Shown piece by piece: positions 23,757 through 36,618 of a stretch of DNA of 56,452 nt. Under the pieces are notes generated by a model that was not told the origin of the DNA, searched no databases, and saw nothing but the letters and a program-made list of their open reading frames with translations. Origin of the DNA: Octopus bimaculoides (taxonomy: Eukaryota); NCBI RefSeq assembly GCF_001194135.2, contig NC_068981.1, positions 122,942,371 to 122,998,822 of the forward strand. The letters run 5' to 3'. How positions within the stretch are numbered: position 1 is the stretch's first letter; every line of letters starts with the position of its first letter. The position numbers were made by a program, and so were the translations under genes.

Positions 23757-25312
23757 GGCGAGCTGGCAGAAAATTTAGCACGCCGGTCGAACTGCTAGGC
23801 GGTATAACGGCTCTGTGAATTATTGTGAATTATTGTGAATACTGTTGTGTTACTCTGTGAAAACTGTGTGAATTACTGTAAGTTGTCTCTGTAAATAATG
23901 GTGATTTTTGTGAAATTATTGTTGTTACGTTTCACGCGAGCCGCTGCATTTTTTCCTCAGCTGTGGTGAGTGGTAGCGTCTCCAGTATGGAGAGCTACGC
24001 CAGGACCACTGGCGAAGAAGCCAGTGCCGCTGGAAACCAAGTTGATCAAGCTGGATATGGAGGAGGTGAGCAGAAGCAGGAATTTGATAGAAGTAGAGGG
24101 AGACTCATACAAATTGCCCCCCACAAAAGAGACCATGGAAGACAAAAAATTCTGAGGACATTTGTGTATCGTACACAAGCTGTCGAAACCTGTAAAATTG
24201 AAATTGAAGAGGTAATCGAGGAGTGCCTGGGGGAAATTGTGAATGAAGCCACGTACATCAACAGAGGAAGAAAGTTCGGTACGGTATAGGTGAGGTTCGC
24301 CACCATAGAAGAGGCAACCTAGCATGCGACCAACATTTTAAGAAATACAAAAATAGCATTACTACAAAGTTATAGAGGACGAAGAAGTGTGAGAATACGT
24401 ATTCCCAGAGTGCCACTAGAAATTAAGCCGGAGTGGTTGGTTGCAACAGTGCTGGCTGCAACCAAGGAGGATCTGGAATTGGGTCTAGTTGCGGAAACAA
24501 AAGTGCGCAACTGGTGGGGATTTGGACTGGAAATGTGGCTTTTTGCCACATTCGTGGACATAGAAAGAATTCCCTACCAGATAGAAGTGGAGGATGAGAG
24601 AACGTTAAATGTCGTAGTCGAGGGAAGGAAACCAAATTGCTACATATGCGGGGAAAGAGGTCATATGAAGACTAAATGCCTCCTATATGAGTTCACACAG
24701 CCACAGAAAGAGAAAGCACAAGCAGAAGTGGAAAACATTGTAGACCACACTGAGGAAATGAAAGAGAGACAGAAGTGTGAAACAGGGGAAACAAAGGAGA
24801 AGACCGAAAATGGAGCTACTACTCCTAAAAAGTGAAAGAAAAATAAGTCAAAGGAACGGTCAACAGAAACCAAAAAAGAGATAGAAAACCAGAAACTAAT
24901 AATGTACAAGAAGAGGAGGAGAGAACGTATAAAGATGTCCAATACAAGAGGGTTTTGATAAAGTACGAGAAATGCGACCAAATGGAGAAAAATTCGCGAA
25001 GTTGGACGAAATAATAAGAGTGAAGATACCGGAGAAATGTGCTGAGAAATGCATTTTGATACATGAGGAAAACTACTGGGGGTACATAAAAGAACTTGGT
25101 AAAAATATAACAAGTATAAGGGTATGGTTGGTGGAGACACCACTTCTAGAACTGATTATTTGCAGTTGATAAGGACACAAGTAACAGTGGGAGAAAGGTA
25201 ACGCGTGTTTCAATGTTTTGAGTTTCAAAACCGTTAAAATGTTTAGATGATGTTGAACATTAAAGTGAAAAACTAGGTAAATGTAACCACCCGACTTCGG
25301 GGGTCTAGTGGA
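23757..25312 (+). mobile_element. Orphan LINE ORF1-like element (RRM-like region + CCHC zinc knuckle), no RT; preceded by a SINE head fragment
   Basis: Broken ORF from about 23968 to 25169 contains GTV*VRFATIEEA and VVVEGRKPNCYICGERGHMKTKC (CX2CX4HX4C), then a K/E-rich tail. This resembles L1/Tx1-type ORF1. Upstream are TGTGAATTAT-like repeats (23814-23920) and about 50 nt of SINE head. Confidence 0.7.
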
Positions 25313-25323
25313 CATTGCGCCTC

Positions 25324-25787
25324 ATTTTTTCATTCTTGCGTTTGTGGTTGTTGGCACTCCGTCGCTTACGACGTCGAGGGTTCCAGTTGATCCGATCAAC
25401 GGAACAGCCTGCTCGTGAAATTAACGTGCAAGTGGCTGAGCACTCCACAGACACGTGTACCCTTAACGCAGCTCTCGGGGATATTCAGCACGACACAGTG
25501 TGACAAGGCTGACCCTTTGAATTACAGGCACAACAGAAACAGGAAGTAAGAGTGAGAGAAAGTTGTGGTAAAAGAGTACAGCAGGATTCGCCACCATCTC
25601 CTGCCGGAGCCTCGGAATTTCAACCATGTTTCGTGGTCTGTTATCACAACAGCTCCTTTATAGGATCCAGTTAGCTCAAGACATCATCAGCTTTAGGTGT
25701 TTTCGCTCAATAAACACTCACAACGCCCGGTCTGGGAATCGAAACCGCGATCCTATGACCACGAGTCCGCTGCCCTAACCACTGGGC
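25324..25787 (-). mobile_element. tRNA-derived SINE with an internal insertion of about 75 bp
   Basis: Minus-strand head CCCAGTGGTTAGGGCAGCGGACTCGTGGTCATAGGATCGCGGTTTCGATTCCC (A/B boxes); the body matches a recalled Octopus SINE. Confidence 0.85.
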
Positions 25788-28700
25788 ACTTTTGTTTTTA
25801 TAGCTAACAGGGAGATAATCCCCGCCATCTCCAGCTCCGAGATCACCAATTCCCGTGATTTCGACTTCGGTCTTTACAATGATTTACACTCGACTGTTAG
25901 AGGCAGCAGTGATTCATCTCACCGCAAGTGATATATAGATTGCCAGTGCCAGAACAGGAGCTGGTGTTGTGATTTGCCAGTTAACTTATTTTTAGAAAAT
26001 ATTAGCAACAAAGGCAGTATTAATACCGAGAGGTATTAAATGCGGATGATAGTTTAAAACTGGTCTGGGCTTAGGTTTATGCTCAACGATTATGCCTACA
26101 ACCCAAAGAAGCAATTGCTAATGTTTCTTTAAGGCCATACCTAACTAAGCTCTGACAATTAGAGGTCTCTCCACAGGGCACATGCATAATTCACATTTTA
26201 TTTCTGATCACATATCTGAGAAATTACTATAATCCCATAAATGCACAATGGAACTGGTCGCTTCGAACTCACTTATCTAAATCTGTCGAAACGGTTAGGG
26301 TGTTTCTCATAGCGAAAATAAATACGTATAATTGACTTACACATATTTATTTATTCATAACCGACAATGTAATGGCACTTGAAGGCTAGGCGATGTGTTA
26401 TTGACAAACCTTCAAGCATATGTCAGTGTGCTAATGAATTTATATCTTGATACATATATCTTTTATAAAGTAGCCTTCAGTTACTATAAACGACAATGAG
26501 AGCGGGAGAAATGTGTGAATTTGTATAAATCATCAAATTACAACGGAACTGCACAGTTCGATCCTTATACCAAGCTGCCGAGAAGCACTTGCAGACCGTA
26601 GTATGGTAATATGTCCGTATGAAGACACAAGTCATTTTCGCAACTTAATCATTTCTGGTTCAATCCCACCACACTTCGCCTTCGGTAAATTTGTGTTCTG
26701 TTTTTTTTTTGTTTTGTTTTTTTGCTTTGTTTATTTTCTTTTCTCATAGCTGACGAAAAGGATTTCTTCTGCGTGTCTACTCGGTCGTCATAGCCCATGT
26801 CGACTCACTACAATTGATTTGTGATAATTTTTTTGACAACTGGTTTCCAGAGTAAAATGATAACATATAAGGGCTAATGGTATTAGTAGATATTTCTTTC
26901 CTGAATCATAGATGGCACATTAATATCTGAATGAACTTAACTTCACATCTTGTATCAGTCTGTGAAAAATAGTTGTAATCGTGTAGATCTAGGCTGAAAG
27001 GCAGCCAAACTCTGATCATCTTGCCTTTTTTTTCAGTAGTTGTGTAGCCAGCGCACATTAGCCACAGTACGCTTTCTTTAGCTGCTAGGGTGTAGTTTAG
27101 GAGATATTTGGCTGATATTTCTTGCAGGACAATGAACCATATAATGACTTCTGTCTGGGTCACTTGTGCAATGTTTTTGACCAAACTAATAAAATTTTAA
27201 CATTATAACGTACCTAACAAAAATAGTGCGAAAAGTGTTTTTAAGAGTACAATTTCGTTTAATTTGTGCTTGGTTAGCGAATACTACTGACTTTCAAAAT
27301 CTCAATTTTTATTATACAAACCAATAGTATATGGAACACATCAACGCAATCAGTAAATTTTTTATGAAGAAATTTTATTCCCAATACCTAGATGTGTATA
27401 CAAAATAGTGTGAGTGAGAAAAAAAAAACACTATAGATAGATGAATGATGTTCTTCACAGAAACCCATTTTCTCTTTCATCGATAAAATACCTACCAGAG
27501 TCGTACGTGGTAGGCAGGAAATTCACTACAACTCTCCTTTACACATTTGTGGCCTTGTTTGAGAAGAAAACACTATGTACTGAATGGGTAACGGGATATT
27601 CACTGGCCTTATGACAGCTGGAACTAGACTTTATTATATTGTATGCACAACCAATTAAATATTATTCATTGGATATTGATCCATGTGGTAGTAGAGACTG
27701 GTATAGTGACTCTGCCATCCAGGAAATTACTTTCTTTTCTGAATTGCATTATTTAGTTGCCCAGACACTCATGCTGTTATAATACAATCGGAACTAGTTT
27801 GACATTTGAGTGTTTCTAGATCGATGACTTAGCAAACTTTTACAAGTTTTACAGTTTAATTTTGGACCGGAATTTCGTACGCTGATATAGTCTTATTCTG
27901 CATTGGATCATCAGTTTGGGTCGATTTGATATTCAGATCCCCTCAGCAGAATGTAATAGCGCCTATATTAATGTGAAAATCATTGTTTCCCTTTGCCGTA
28001 GTAGTTCCAATGATGTTTATATCTCACATGTGCAAACAGGATTAATTTAAATACATCTTACAGGAAACTCACAACACTGTAAGTCAACTGAACATCACAA
28101 CGATTTCGGAGCTTCCCAAAATACGACGTTCCCAGTGGTACCGAGGAGCTACCATAAATCGTTGGTGAATTTTGGCCTTCAGTGTAGCAAAGTAACCGTC
28201 ATAAGAACTACAATTATTCTGGCATCCACCACACCAAACCAGAGGCAAATGATTCCACTGAACGACGACAACAAATATTTTTTTTACTGAGGATTTGGCC
28301 TTTGAAACAAAGTTGCACCCACATACCTGTGCCATATTATTTAGTAAGCTGATCTTTCTGTAGTGTCAAAATCATGTCCCCGCTATCCTTCATAAATTGG
28401 GAAATCGTGTATGAAACCCACAACAAACTAACTCTAGTGAAAGAACGGAAGAATTTCGCATAGAACTGTGAGTGCATACTTAGAAGGACAATGATTGAGT
28501 TTTCTTAAACTTTCTCCTTGGGACATAGCTTTCTTATGGTTGCTGTTTGAACACATATTTGTTTTACAAACAAAACAGAATTATGAAAATCAAATTTGAC
28601 AAAGAGAAAATACAAAATGTCAAAGATTATATTTTTTCATCTAAACAAGCAATTCCAATTTTCTGCGAAGTTAATTCTTGATTTCTTTAATTTGAGTTTT

Positions 28701-30019
28701 GCTAAAATTTGCCACCACAATTTCGTTTTCTAATCAAGCTTCGAGAGAAATTTAATTTCATTTAGAATAGTTTGTGCAGTCGGTACATCACCACAAATAC
28801 CCCAAATTGTATAACTTTACGGCGACGTCCATTTGAGGTGTTTTCATTAGTTTATGTTTTTAATTAGACAAATTCTAAGAGCCAAAATCCTTAGTCATAC
28901 TATTTCTATTTGGAAAAAGCTCTGTCCGCTGATCAAAACTGATTTTGAGAGTTTGTGTAGAGCTAATAATATCTAATAATACTAAAGCATAAAATATGTC
29001 TGGAGCTATAAACTTGCTTAGTTACACGATTAGATATAGATTATTACTGTTGTTGATTTAAGTTTCTGAATAATTCAAGTAATATTACTTGAAATATGTT
29101 GTTAGCAAACGCCCTCATTCGCAGTAGCCAATACAACTAGAATAGCAAGAAAAGCACGTCGCTACCTGTCTCGACATATTTCTTCCGTTCTCATTGCCTC
29201 TGCTTCTCTGCAACGTCCTTTCCATTTACGATTTTCACCAGTGATTTAGCATGACTACCAACAGTCACTTACTCTGATTAGCTTGATGTATTCCTTTGGC
29301 TAAATGTACGGAGATATTCATATCATAATGATGCATGGTATTCAATTATTATTTTATTACTAGGCAAGTTTCATGACCGATTCAAGTAGTTTCTGTAGTT
29401 ATTTTTTTTTTCCAAATCAGCTCTGATTGAACATATCTACAATCGAAGGTATTCAGGCTACAAATATTCTGTCTTTTGTTCCTGTATATTATATCTAGGA
29501 AGTCATTGCCATACGTAATGTAATATTTTTCCTTGATGCGTAGGTTTGAGATCTGATAGAATTTATTGCTATTTTTAACTGGTCCAGCCACAATGTAGAG
29601 GTTATCTTGTTTAGTTATGTTTTTCCAGAAGGAACAGAGCTATATGAAATGATTTCAGTTAGAAATTAAAACTGCATCATTGACTCGATGTGCCCGGAGT
29701 CCTATCGCTTATTTTATAGCGTTAGCCATGAATTATTGTTGATAGGTTTTCTGTAATAATATGAGCTGGTTACTCTCACATCGATTACATAAACGTTATA
29801 TGAGTGTTGATATCCCCTAAGCTGCTTGTATCAATAGTCACAGTTAATAACAAATAAAAACAATCTTCAATGAGCATGTCTCAAACACCATAGTAATTAA
29901 CTCCAGGCCAGTTAATGAATGATGCATGATGAATCTCTCAACGTGTCGTCATTTTCTGTTTGGTGAGTTTCGATTATAAAGGAAATCATGTATGCCTATG
30001 CTTATGTTGATCTTGTGAA

Positions 30020-30779
30020 TTTGGTAATTTGATGCTGTCACTGTGGATGGTGATGGTAGTAGTGGTAGTGGTAATGATAGTAGTTGCAGTGATGGTGTTG
30101 ATAATAAGAATGATGTTAGCAGTGATGTTGTCAATGGTGATGAAGTAGTTAGGTGTGGTATTGAAACTGGAGATTATAAGAGTAATGATGGTGAGTTTCA
30201 CGGTAATGGTTGAAGGAGGTAACGATGGGAGTAATGGCTGATGTGGTAGTAGATGGGAGCCGAGGTGGAAACGGTGATGGTTGTGGAGATGGTAGTGTAA
30301 GTGGTAGTGGAGTCGGTGATGGTATTGATAATGATACTGGTAATATGTTGATAATGTCAATGTTGTTAGTAGTCATTGTTCGTATTATGAATGATGGTTG
30401 ATGATGGTAGAATTTATAGTGCCGGTAGGGGTGAGGATAGTTGCTTCAATAGTAATGATAACCTGTATTAGTGGTATGCTTAATTGTAGTAATAGTACTG
30501 ATAGTAATAGTAAGGTAACACTATTAGCAGTATTTGTAGTAACGATGGTAATCAAAAAGTGGTGATAGAAATATGTATTAGTCATGGTTGTAGTAACAGT
30601 GGTGATAGTACTGATGGTGATTGTGGTGGTTGTGATAGTAACTACGTTAGTATGATGGTGTTAATAATTATTGGATTATTAGTGGTAGTGTGATGCTGGT
30701 GATGAACGCGCTACTTGCAATACATGCAAGAAAATAATCACCACCAGCATCCGCCTCCAACTCATCGCCGTCGTCGTCG

Positions 30780-30825
<46 letters not shown>

Positions 30826-30900
30826 AATCATCATCATCATCATCATTATCATCATCAACATCATCTTTGTCATTATCATCGCCATCATGATATTCCTCAT
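30020..30900. repeat. Degenerate GAT/GGT/GTA trinucleotide low-complexity tract and (CAT)n
   Basis: Read directly from the sequence; it explains the His/Asp/Met/Thr-rich ORFs at 29949-31024. Confidence 0.9.
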
Positions 30901-31145
30901 CGTCATCTAGGACAGCAACATCAGCAGTAGCAACTTCCTGAAAATGAGTGTCGGCAGTAGCACCATATCCTACGCAAAACGTATGAAAGTATTTAAACAG
31001 ACATTCTCTTTGCTTTTTGGACATGTTCTTGTGAAGCAGTACGAAAAATAAATGTATAATTCCTTGAAAAACGCACGCGTTAAATCAATCAAATACAGAT
31101 AGCGCAAGAGGTAAACAAGTTCACTCATACCAAAATACAAATGAC

Positions 31146-31204
<59 letters not shown>

Positions 31205-31231
31205 GATAATGATAATAATAATAAACAACAC

Positions 31232-33223
31232 CAATAATTATAAAATACATAAGACACTATGAATAAATGGCAGACAGTGCTACAGCTCCAAACAAAAGAG
31301 GGTTCGTGAAAACGAAAGCCATCTCCATTAGAAGAAGAATATTCCAGGGAGACACGCTCTCTCCACTCCTGTTCTTCCTGGCACTCACACTTTTAACTGA
31401 CTTGCTGAATACAACTGGATGCGGATACAAATGTTACGGCAAAATAATCAACCACTTTTTATATATGGATGACCTAAAACTATACGCAACAAATGATAAA
31501 CAGCTGGAAACACTACTACAGAGAGTACATGGATTTACCAAAGAAATAGACATGAAATTTAGATTGGAAAAATGTGCCAAAGCAACCCTGAAAAGAGGAA
31601 AACTAATTAAGAGTAGCAACATCACACTAGATAAAACCAATGAAATAAGAGAATTAGACCAAAGCCAAACATACAAATATTTAGGTATCAATGAACTAGA
31701 TAGGATACAACACACATAAATGAAAGAGATAATAAAGAAAGAATACTATAGACGAGTTAGATCAATACTAAAAACAGAGCTCAATGCTAGAAACAAGATA
31801 ATAGGTAGTAACACTTTAGCCGTCCCGGTTATAAGTTACAGCTACAATATCCTTAACTGGACACTAAACGAACTAAGGAAAATAGACAGGAAAACAAAAA
31901 CAATAATGACAGGGTCTAGGATGCACCACCCAAAATCTGACATAGAAAGGCTATATATACAACGTACAGAAGGTGGTAGAGGCCTTATACAGCTGGAAAA
32001 TTATTATAAAATAACCACTATAGGGCTGCAAAATACCTACTTCAGAAGCAAGGAAAACTAATACAAATAGCCACAAAACACGAGTAAACCAAAAAACTGT
32101 TTTCAGTATTTAAGGAAACTGACAAATACAAACAAGAAATCATACTAGCTAATANNNNNNNNNNAAACAAGAAATCATACTAGCTAATAAAGAAGAAGAA
32201 GAAGAAGAAGAAGAAGAAGAAGAAGAAGAAGAAGAAGAAGAAGAAGAAGAAGAAGAAGAAGAAGAAGAAGAAGAAGAAGAAGAAGAAGACCTATAAAAAA
32301 ATGAAATCCACATTAAAACTAGAACAGCAACGGACCATGATAAACGATGGCAAGAATAGCCCCTACATGGTAAATACTGGGCTAAACTAAACGCAAAAGA
32401 AATAGACAGAGAAAAATCCCAGCAATGGTTGAGAAGCTCAGGACTCAAAGCAGAGACTGAAGGATTTCTAATTGCTGTACAAGACCAAAGCCCCCCACCA
32501 GAAATTACCACAAACATATAATGAAAAGAAACGTAACTAGTAACTGCAGAATATGTGGCGATGAACAAGAAACAATAAATCATATTATCTCTGACTGCCC
32601 AGTCCTGGCTAAGAAGGAATATATTCACAGACACGACAGAGCTGGGACCTGTATACACTGGAAGCTATGCCAACACTATGGAATAACAACAGAAAAAAGA
32701 TGGTATAAACACATGCCTGAAAAGGTCACAGAAAACGAGAAAGCAACCATACTCTGGGATATGCCAATATACACAAATAGAGAAATTAAGGCAAATAGAC
32801 CAGATATAGTTGTCAGAGATCATGACGGAAAAAAATGTTTTCTTATTGATGTATCAATACCAGAAGATGACAACGTTTCCCTAAAAGAAATGGAAAAACT
32901 TTAAAAATACGAAGACCTGGAAATAGAGGTAACTCCAATGTGGAATCTAAAAACAGAAACAATTCCAATCATAGTAGGTGCCTTAGGTATAATAAAAAAT
33001 ATTCAGACAAATACATTACAAAAACACCAGGACTTACAAATATATATAACACAGAAAATTGCACTACTGAGCACTGCACACATTCTACGCAAAAAACTTT
33101 CAATACAGTAACCATAAGAGCATCACAGCAAACCACAGCACATACCAAAGGCACACAGAGCTTCGCTCGGTAGTGAAGTGAAAGCACGTTATAAAAATAA
33201 AACTACTGAATAATAATAATAAT
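31232..33223 (+). mobile_element. 5'-truncated R4/Dong-clade non-LTR retrotransposon (RT, CCHC finger, restriction-like endonuclease), decayed
   Basis: IFQGDTLSPLLF and LYMDDLKLYA (RT); CRICGDEQETINHIISDC..L....RHD; LWD...NRPDIVV...LIDVSIP...KYEDL...PIIVGALG (REL). It is flanked by (AAT)n at 31147-31222 and 33209-33223. Confidence 0.92.
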
Positions 33224-33690
33224 ACGACTCTATGAGACTTCCCCGTATATACCGAGAAAACTACAAAAGCTATTAAACCGGATATTATTATAATATCATG
33301 AGTATTCCTTGCGATCATAATATAGCAGTGAAAGAATTTGACAAGATCAGTAAATATAATGACTTGCTAATAGAAATTGAATAACAGTGGCACCTCAAGG
33401 CGACTACTGTACCAGTGATTGTTGGATCTCTAGGAATGATAAAAAAAGGTACTGAAACCTATTTGAAAATGATACCAGGCTTACCATCCATACAGGAAGT
33501 AAAAAATCGTGTTAACTGGAACGCCTCATGTACTGAGAAGGGCATTATCACTGTGAAAACAACATCCATTCCTGAATTTATTTATAATTTTTTTTTTTAA
33601 TAATTATTTTACCTCTGAATTTGTGTGTAAACTGGGAATGCATACAACGAGTTTCTCTGCCCTAAGTGTACGGAAANNNNNNNNNNAAAC

Positions 33691-33775
<85 letters not shown>
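33224..33775 (+). mobile_element. 3' fragment of a second, divergent R4/Dong-type subfamily ending in (AAT)n
   Basis: Translates as KPDIII...SIPCDHNIAVKEFDKISKYNDLLIEIE...VPVIVGSLGMIKKG. It has a different 3' UTR from the copy just upstream, then (AAT)n at 33694-33775. Confidence 0.8.
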
Positions 33776-33776
<1 letters not shown>

Positions 33777-35102
33777 TTGTAATATGGGTTCAAATCCAAC
33801 TCAGGGGAGAGATTAAGTCTATCGTATCAGTGTGATAGTTGATCTTAAAAGAAATTTGTTTCTTTCAAAGAGGCAGTCGACATTTCCTAAGACAATATAT
33901 CTTACTCTTATTAATGTGTTCTTCAGCAGTGGAAATTCTACTCTTTTCAGAGAAGTTCTATCTCTCCTCGTGAGTGTTATGGGTTTAAACAATTTTCAGT
34001 TTTTTTCTTTTTACCTTTCTCTTTTTGTGCAAGAAATCCGCTCATATAGTTAGTGAAGTACCAGTACCTAGTAAACCGTGTAATATGGCTTCTCATCAGT
34101 TTTTACCCTAAAGTTCCGTTGGGCTAGTTATAATATGAAAGAGTATTTCTTAGGTTTATCATTATGACTTGTTGCGGCTAAGATATATGTCTCTACTTTT
34201 CTCTGGTTTAAACTGGGTTAGGAGATTCTTGTCTCATGATTTGTTCCCAGTAAATTGATAAAAATCAAAATGACATAAAGAAGGGCGTTCTGTGATCATA
34301 CCAACAAGTTCTGTGTTTCGCGTTACCTTAAAACTGACAACCACCAAAATGTTTTTCTTCTTATTTTTGTTATTTTAGTTTTTCTGTGCACAAAACTCTT
34401 AAATGGCTTTTGGTCTTGCATTTGTCGTAGCTGATCTGTCTACTATGGAAGCAGAGATTTTAGGTCTACCATGCAGTTGCTTCTTCAAAACACAGTTTTG
34501 TTATTGTTTTCTGGCTTTTGGGGGTCATATGAGTTTACCAATATCAATCACTACCACTATACCTCAATATTACCATAACTTACGCCTATTCAGACTACCT
34601 TCCCAAATCGTACCTTTAGTAAATCGACCCTGTCGCTTATTTTCAAATATTCTGTAACCTGCTGAAACCGATGCAACATTTCTATGATTGTATTATTTAA
34701 AATATAAATTACGGAGTTAGTAACCGGTTGTAACAGTGCATCAGTTTACATTGTCACCGTTGTTCCTAACAGTGGCCTCTGTATTCCGTCTTCCCAAATA
34801 TTGCAAGACTATCTTATGTGTACGTGTGTCGCTTGCCCATTTGTTTTTTCTATACAGATGAAGACATATACTGAGTTACATGTATTTCTTCACCCCAAAG
34901 GATTTCACTTAAAATATCTGCTGAAGCTTTTTCCATGTCACCATTGAAATGTAACGAAGAGAATCCGAGTCTCCAGCGACACATATATTCTGAGATTTTT
35001 TGTTTGAAGAACGGTTGAAAGTTTACCAATGATAGACTTTCGTTATGTTTCTTGTAGCATGCACATGAATATTGCTGTGTATTTTGCTGTTGCTGCTGCT
35101 GC

Positions 35103-35110
35103 AATAGTAA

Positions 35111-35177
<67 letters not shown>

Positions 35178-35192
35178 TGTTGTTGTTGTTGT
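35103..35192. repeat. (GTA)n-(GTT)n microsatellite
   Basis: Read directly from the sequence. Confidence 0.97.
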
Positions 35193-35964
35193 TTCTGTTG
35201 TTATGTGTTATTCTGAGGTTTTCGGATGGATCATGTTTTGGCATTTTTGCCGTTTGTGAATTCATAAACCTTTTCCTTTCATTAGGTATTTCTTTTGCTT
35301 TATTTCTTGTAGTCTTTTTCTGTGGGGTATATCTGAACCTACAAAACTTTTTTTTTATTCTAGTTTTCCTTTGGCATTAGATGATAAAATACAATAGAAA
35401 TATCTGGAAAAGATATTATTGTATATGTATCAAGTTTTTCACGCTACTCTAAAAAATATACTATCAATTGCATAGAAAAAGCACTCAGTGAAATTGATTG
35501 ACACAGATGAGCAGAATGAACAAGACATTTTCGTATATCTATGCAAGAGAGGAGAGAAAATATGTGCGTTTCGCTGTGTGAGTCTCTTTGTGTGACTGTG
35601 AGTGGAAACTTGCACATTTGCGTATATGTCTGCATCTGATGTAGAAGTGAGTGAGATTCAAGGACACATAGATAGGGTCATAAGCAATAGAAGGTATGCT
35701 CTTCTGAAACAGAAGATGCAATATATTCATTTACGAAATAATCTTATAAACCATATTGTGGTTTACTTGTCTCACATTATATCGATTACGACTTTAATTT
35801 TCTAAGAAAATGTCTTACGTTGAAAGGAACGTTGACGTTTAAATACCCATTGTTAGTAACACAATGTAACAACAGAAGAATAAAAGATTCCTTGTCGACA
35901 TAATCAAATTATGGACGTACATTTCTTGAGCGATGAATTGGTTTCATAGAAAGATTTATTCTTT

Positions 35965-36392
35965 TATTCTTTTAATTGTTTCAGTCATTAGACAGCGGCC
36001 ATGCTGGGGGCCCCACCTTGAAGAATTTTAGTTGAATAAATCGAACCCAGTACTTTTAATTCTTTCAAGCGTGGTACATATATTCTATCATTTTATTTTG
36101 CCGAATCGCTAAGGTACGGGGATGTAAACACACCAACACCCGTCAAGCGGTGGTGGGGGACAGACAGACAGACACACACACACACACACACACACACANN
36201 NNNNNNNNNNNNNNNNNNNTATACAACGGACTTATTCCAGTTTCCGTTAACCAAATCCTCTCACAAGGCTTTGGTCGGCCGGAGACTATAGAAGACACTT
36301 GTCAAAAGTACCACGTACCACGGAATGGGACTGACCCCAGCACCATGTGGTTGGGAAGCCAGCACGTTACCACACAGTCACTCTTACCCCTT
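35965..36392 (-). mobile_element. tRNA-derived SINE (family with internal CA/TA tract)
   Basis: Homologous to 36885-37317 and to the reverse complement of 40499-40895. Confidence 0.85.
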
Positions 36393-36582
36393 ATAGAGAA
36401 AAATATTCCATGCAGGGAAGAGTAGCCTGTAGAAGCTAAAGGAATGTCTTATACACAAACACACACATACACACACACACACACACACTAACACACACTA
36501 ACACACACGCACGCACGCACACACTCAAACATACACATGTATATGTATAGAGAGAGAGAGATGTTCGTTTGTGTGTGTATGA

Positions 36583-36618
<36 letters not shown>

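Noticed and set aside
27868-27915. Minus strand CTGATGA...GAAA pair
   Set aside because: No helix I or helix II complementarity.
30668-31024. 118-aa Asp-rich ORF (minus) and His-rich ORF (plus)
   Set aside because: Dominated by a (CAT)n microsatellite within a larger low-complexity tract; no splice or homology support.
32126-32190. Direct duplication of AAACAAGAAATCATACTAGCTAATA
   Set aside because: It straddles a 10-N gap, the typical signature of an unmerged contig overlap.
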